Below are positions 58,255 through 64,000 of a stretch of DNA of 64,000 bases, one piece after another; positions within the stretch are counted from its first letter, which is position 1; each line of letters begins with the position of its first letter. The stretch lies in the NCBI GenBank assembly GCA_905178155.1, contig CAJINV010000002.1, forward strand, positions 5,389,709 to 5,453,708, written 5' to 3'. This DNA comes from Amoebophrya sp. A120 (lineage: Eukaryota; Protista; Dinoflagellata). The position numbers and the translations under genes were made by a program. The notes beneath the pieces are model-generated. The model was not told the DNA's origin. It did not search any database and saw nothing but the letters and a program-made list of their open reading frames with translations.

Positions 58255-60881
58255 CACCTGCTCCCCGCAGCTCGACAAGCAAGAACTCAACTCGACAGAT
58301 AAAGACTTATCTACAAATCAGTAAGTAGTACCAAAACTCAACTCAACAGATTTTATATAAGCTATAGCTCCTCTAGACCTACTAGAGGCTATATAAAAAC
58401 CCAGGTTTATAGATTAAACTCAACTCGCGATAACGTTAAAAGTTACAGCCAAATACTCGCTGTAGCTGCGTGCACCTCAACAGATTTTATCTTAACTTTA
58501 ACAGATTTAGGTTTAGATTTCTATTTAGCTCATTTCATGGGGGAAGAACGAGATAGTGTCTACTAGCATAGGTTATAATTTTACAGGCTACTAACTGCTG
58601 TTGTGTTGTGTCAGACTCGATAGAAAGAAGCCGTGGCAGGCACAGGTACTAGCAGGGACGGTTATAGTAGACCTGAGAACGAGCAACGAAGTGCTCGTTG
58701 TAGCGGTGCAGCGACAAGAGGAACCGGGATTGCCGATGCCGCCCCCCGCGAGGTGCCTGCATTAAACTATCGGGCTCACGATCATTAGCACACGACCGCG
58801 CGAACTGTACATATTTATTAGTTTCTATCTTCACGGGGTTGACAGTGACAGCATCATCATGCTGTGAACATGAAATCGAGTCCAGCAGGAACAGGAAAAA
58901 TAAGCGAAAGTCGTTGTGAGTCGAACCTGCTACAACTACTACCTGAATGATGCTCGTTGTGTCACTTACTGTCGACGGACGCTGTGGGTTCATCTTGATT
59001 TGTAAACTGCAAAATTATAGTAGTACTAGCCACGACGGGGTTGCTGCAGGAGTTTTATGTAGGGGCTGATTGAATTATAGTGGAAGTCATCCGTGCGGCT
59101 ACTACAAGCTTCAGCACCATTCTTGCTCCTCCACATAGTTGCTGCATGCCGACCACGACCCCCGTGAGATAGTCGCTCATCTATCACTGGGATTTTTATG
59201 GCAAGTACTTGTTCCAGTGGGAAGATAGAGACTGTTTCGATATAGAAGTTGTAGTGCCTATATCTTTAACTTCAAATGAACCTCGACTTGCAGGAGCAAG
59301 ACACAAACCTTAAGTGCGATACGAATTGCAGCTATCGAAGATTGTCACGCCGAGGAAAGACATCAAGTGAGTCACTGTGTTTGAAGAACCCAATTGCGCG
59401 TGATACAGGACGATGATTTTTGTCTTGAACCAACGAAATTGCGAATGCCACGGTAAAATGTTGCGCCAAAATAAATCCATAGAAGAGATCTAACATTTTG
59501 AGGAATTTTTATCTGAAGCACCAAACAAGCGAAATTTCCTTGCGGATTGGAGTTGCAAATTATTAATTTGCGCCGTGGAGTTGTTTCCACATTTTCATAC
59601 TCCAAAAGTAGGTGTTCAAGAAGAAGTAGTACCTTATTTTGAAGACTGTTGTGCTCCACGCCCAATTATGATTTTCATGCTGATACCAACTCCAACATCG
59701 ACCTGACCATGATGTTGCGTGTTCATGTTCCCAAACGATCTCCGATTTCTGTGATTGATAGGGTGATTGTTAGTTTTAGCTTCCGGAACGTTGTTCTTTT
59801 GAAAGCAAAAATTATGTAGTAGATCCACCAACAGATCATTATCATGCCTTGGTAGAATCACCTGGTAAGAAATCGATGCGGGACCGCTACTAGTAGAAGA
59901 TTACTACTTATTGCAATTCCCTTCTGGTCGACAGATGAGCGAGAAATGCTATTCTTGGCCTGCTCGTTTGTTTCGTCTTGATAGATTATTCCCCAAACGA
60001 AGCGGAAGACAAAAGAAAAACCGAAAGAGCCTCACCGGCCTTTTTTTGTTGCCAAACTTTTGCCTACATCAAAAACTCTATGAAAGATAGTGAAATCGAA
60101 GCTGAATCCGATTTTCTTTTGCGCGTGAGTTCAGGCTGAAAAGAGCCAAAAATGCGCGTAACAGATATGCGACTGGTATTTATCGCTCGCTCGTGCGGAT
60201 CAATCAATAAAAGCGAAGAACGGAAATTTGTGTACGCACTCGCACGATGAAATGCACTAATTCAATGTGTAGTTTCTTCGCATATATTTTCTTGCGAAAA
60301 GAAAAACCTAGCTTTGAAATTGAATTGTTGAAAAGTACCGTGGCGATCTCGCATACTCTATTAGTGCCGTGCAATTCAGGCCAAAATGTTCGACCCCCCA
60401 TGTTAAAAAAAGTCCTCAAAAAATGTTCTCCGCGACCAAAACCATTGAGATTGATTGTCTAGTGCACCTTCATCTTTTTTTCCTGAAGGTTGCATTCGAA
60501 AAGACTACCTCATAAAATCAAGATAAAAAGCACAGCATTGTCAGTACTGAAGCAAAATTGCACGCAAAATAAAATCGAAACTGAAATGGCTGGTGGTTAT
60601 TCTGATTGAAAGTCCAGCAAACAAAATAGGGAAGATTCGACTGAGCTCCAGGAAAAATATTACCGTTTAATGGTATAACGCCAGCTGCAACGTTTCGAAA
60701 TAGCGAAATCGAAAAGCAAACCCTGCGGAACAAAAGTTCTTTAGCGGCTCGACGCAACGCAGCCAAACAAAAGAGCAAGAAAACTTTGCTGGACCATTCA
60801 TCGGCGCAAAAAGATACACCCGTACAGCCGTCGTGTCCTCCAAGTGAGCAATAAACGTCGACGCACCATCCAAGAATAAAC

Positions 60882-63818
60882 ATGAGCGCACAATTGAAAG
60901 TCCCGGCGATGGGCAAGAAGGCCGGCGCGCCGGTTGCCCTGAAGGCACTGAACAAACTGCGCCCCCTCCCGGCGCCGCAGAAGAAAAAAGCCGGTCTTGT
61001 CCCTCTGGAGGACAATCTTAAACAAGATAGTCCGGTCAAGACATTCCTTTCCGATGACCCTTTCGCGAACCCCTTTGGCTATGGAGATGCTCCTGAAGAT
61101 GACCGTCACTAACGTTCCACTTTGGGGCAGGATGAATTCTACTGCTATTTGCACCGAAAAAGGAAATTCCCCTAAATTAGAAGCGCGCGAAAATGAGTCG
61201 CGTCGTGTTCATTTTTGTACTAGTGATCATGCATAGAAGCATTGTAACAATGCATTGTTTGTCGCCGCACGACATCCATGCTAGTTGGCACTTCTGTCTT
61301 GCACAGCGATGTTGAACTCCTGGAAAATAAACCAGAGGGACTATGCAAAAGTAGAGTGCTAGTGATGCGGTTCATCCATCTCCATTCCATATTTTCGCGG
61401 CGGCGAGCAGTAAGGACAGCCTGGCGCAGGGTAACCATGTCGGGTTTGACGGCGTATCAAATGTAAAAATGTCTGGGTCTTGAAAAATGCAACCTGTGAT
61501 GCTGCATTTGAATTCCAAAAACATTTGTATTGCATGAGTACCAAAGGAAAGGCAATTTTTGCTACGCTGAGAAGGCATTTGTCATGCGGAATACGCATCA
61601 AGAAGCCCTCAAAAGATATGTATTGCTAGGGGATGCATCACAGACATCATGGCTCATGCAAAACGTGCATGACAAGTGTCAGAATCTTCCAGACCCAGAC
61701 ATTTTTACAGTTGATACGGCGCCGAAATGGACGATATGGCTAAGGAATTGGACCTGGACTTGAACAATCCCTTTACCTTTATCACGAGGAAAAATCCCCC
61801 CTCCCCATATCAAAAGGAGGTTTCTGATGCTGGATTTGCGTATACAAATCAGGTTTGTCTTGCATTGGAGGACAGCAGGCTCCTGCCAAGCCTGAGCAGA
61901 GAGCTTTTGGCCTAGGCGATTAGCATGAGAAACGTCTATGCTGTAAAGCAACAGCATCACAAACCGCCTGCATAATGCGGCAGAGCCTGTGGAGTTGTCT
62001 TCTAGCAAGACAGACGCGATTTGTGGTCTCAAATCAGCAAGACAAAAACATACCTACTCAATATGGCGAGGGGGGATTTTTCTTCACAATAACTTTTCCG
62101 GTGAACGACGCAATCATGCTGGACGACGAGGACGATGTCGATGGCGACGGGAACACGCCGATGTATGTATTGGCTGCAAAAGCACTATCGTAAACTCGTA
62201 CTGATTATCGCAGTCATTCCTGACAAATTTCAGCTCCAACCACAGATCATAAGGTCGTGAGCCAGCATTACAAATTCAAATTTTTCAACGTGAAAAGATT
62301 TTTGGTGCAATTTGTTTTTGTTTGTACCATTTGATATACGATACTTTTGCAAAATGCATAGTATGGCGAAAATAACGATGACGTCGAAATGTTGATGGGG
62401 GGCAACATGGACGACGAGATTCCGGACGACCAAGAGTTCCCCACGACCTCTGCGGGCGCTAACAGCACCTCGGGTGCAGCGGGTTCAACTCCTGGCTCCG
62501 GCAGTTCTATCGAGCCGCACCCGGACCAAAAACTGATGACGGTCTCCAAGGTGAAACTGATCGGGGACCAGCTTGCCGTGCTGGAAAACAAGGCGGAGAT
62601 TTCCCTGCCCAAAGACGTTCTCCTCCGGCCGGGCGATTTGGTCGCGTACAAGCGGTCCGACGAGTTTGATTTCCAGTCGACCAATGCCGCGAACAGCATT
62701 GTCTGGGGCCTGCTTCCCTCCTCGCTGCAGAGCAAGTTTATCCGGAAGACGGGTGACAAAAACAGCGCGGACTTTGACGCCAACGGCAACCCGAACCTGA
62801 ACTTCCTCTCGAAGCTCCAGTTTACCGACTTTCCCCACTGCGTCGCGCGCGTGTCCCGGTACGGAAGGGAGGGCAACGCGTTCTGCAAATCGGACCAGTT
62901 GAAGGGTCCGGGCCGGCAGGAGATCTATGTATTCCGGGCTATGATCGAGAACGCGCTCCCCATTGGCACGCAGATCGCCTTCGATGTGCACGTCAGCAAG
63001 AAGAGCAACAAGGCGCAGGCGTCCGCCCCACTCTGGGTGCCGGTGGAAGCCTTGAGCGGCTTGGTGCAGGGCCGGAGCACCAGTCACACGGTGGGCGCGC
63101 TCCTGAACCAGACCGCGGGCCTGGGGTCGGCGGCGTTGAAACCCGGCGGAGGTGCGCTGAAAAAGCTGCCGGGGCAAAACCCGATGGCGTCCGAAAAGAC
63201 GACCGACGAGGTGCGCATGGAGGCCAAGCAGATCCTGGCCCCGTGGCACAACGACTTTGACTATGAAAAATAAACAGAACAAATGTAGCGTCCACGCCCT
63301 TGGTTTGATGTCATGCAAATGCAGCGACAGGCAGAAGCACACGGAGCTGTGGCTTGCTTCTGTGTTGACCACGCGGAGCTCGTAGTCAGCTTCAAGCGAC
63401 TTGTCTCTTCAAACAAGATGCACAAGAACTGCGTTCATCTCACTTTATTCCGCTAGTAAAAATGGGTTTTGCGAACAACTGTTTCTCCGTCTTTGCGAAC
63501 ACAAGTTTCTACTTTCGAGGGTGCGATGGAGGCTCCTGCATGATCTTTGCATTGCATAATGACCCCAATACCTGGATGGTTGGGCAGATTGGCGAACTGA
63601 CGCCGGACGGCGACCACACGGTGATATACCCGGTCAAGTTGGACCATCACGTCGAAGAGCCCAAATACCAGATGGTGTACGCCGAGAACCGAATCCTGAA
63701 CAAGTACGGGCTGAAGGCCAACGAGCTGGGGCTCGGCCAGTCGCTGAGCGCCACGCGGGGCAAGATGATCGCGTTCCAGATCGGATTCAACGAGGATGGG
63801 CACCCGTTATGCAATTAG
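60882..63818 (+). CDS. Hypothetical protein, possibly with divergent OB-fold/cold-shock-like repeats; probably continues past the window
   Basis: Exons join in frame after removing four elements (61080, 61455, 61780, 62168). Segments GNAFCKS..EIYVF..IGTQIAFDVHVS..AQASAPLW and GKMIAFQIGFNEDGHP resemble CSD-like repeats. An intron near 63262-63508 is unresolved. The domain call is weak. Confidence 0.6.
61080..61391. mobile_element. Degenerate TAT...ATA introner
   Basis: tatggagatg...gaccgtcacta / tagtgatgcggttcatccatctccattccata imperfect inverted repeat; flanks TTGGC/TTTTC. Removal gives NPFG-AAASSKDS. Confidence 0.75.
61455..61716. mobile_element. TIR introner, family A
   Basis: Family A TIR; direct repeat CGGCG at 61450-61454 and 61717-61721. 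Removal gives GFDG-AEMDD. Confidence 0.92.
61780..62091. mobile_element. TIR introner, family B
   Basis: tatcacgaggaaaaatccccccctccccatat-like ... atatggcgaggggggatttttcttcacaata; flanks ACCTT/ACTTT. Removal gives NPFTF-PVND. Confidence 0.88.
62168..62360. mobile_element. Short TAT...ATA introner
   Basis: tgcaaaag..tatcgta / tacgatacttttgca inverted repeat; direct repeat GTATG at 62163-62167 and 62361-62365. Removal gives TPMY-GENNDDVEM. Confidence 0.8.
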
Positions 63819-64000
63819 TAAAAATTTATTTTCCGTACAGACCTCCATTACTTGAAACTCAAAGTCACAAATTTTTCCAACTTCGACCATGTTGCACAAG
63901 ATACCACTTGTGGTAAAAATACCGAATAGGATTAGCGGAAAATTTTGTCATGGAGATGAATCTTCAGCATTTCTTGAAGTGTAAGTATGCCGCTTTGTTG

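Noticed and set aside
62163-62361. GT...AG canonical reading of the last element (gtatgt...gcatag)
   Set aside because: It shifts the frame into a stop; the GTATG-duplication reading keeps the frame.

Overview
Eukaryotic protist genomic DNA. It is most consistent with a Syndiniales dinoflagellate such as Amoebophrya; this is an inference from the co-oriented genes and the invasive non-GT-AG introns with inverted repeats. All recognisable genes are on the + strand: a NEK/NIMA kinase, a GLE1-like nucleoporin, a small two-repeat protein, a CBM9-like protein, full-length PRP8, a long low-complexity protein, a hypothetical protein and a 3'-truncated putative OB/cold-shock-repeat protein. Two systems stand out. 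(1) At least 17 MITE-like elements of 193-312 bp have TAT...ATA-type termini, terminal inverted repeats (TIRs) and 5-bp target duplications. Fifteen interrupt coding exons, four of them in PRP8, and must be removed as non-canonical introns. Decayed duplications in conserved codons point to a fixed register: intron = 1 nt + element + 4 nt. Neighbouring insertions are repeatedly about 55-76 nt apart. (2) An intact 12.3-kb Ty1/copia-order LTR retrotransposon (31351-43605) has apparently identical 472-bp fold-back LTRs, a 4-bp TSD and a pyrimidine tract where the polypurine tract should be. Its gag and pol are in a -1 frame relationship, pol carries a DUF4326-like domain, and RNase H has a ~95-aa insertion. 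All calls are by eye; no searches were run.
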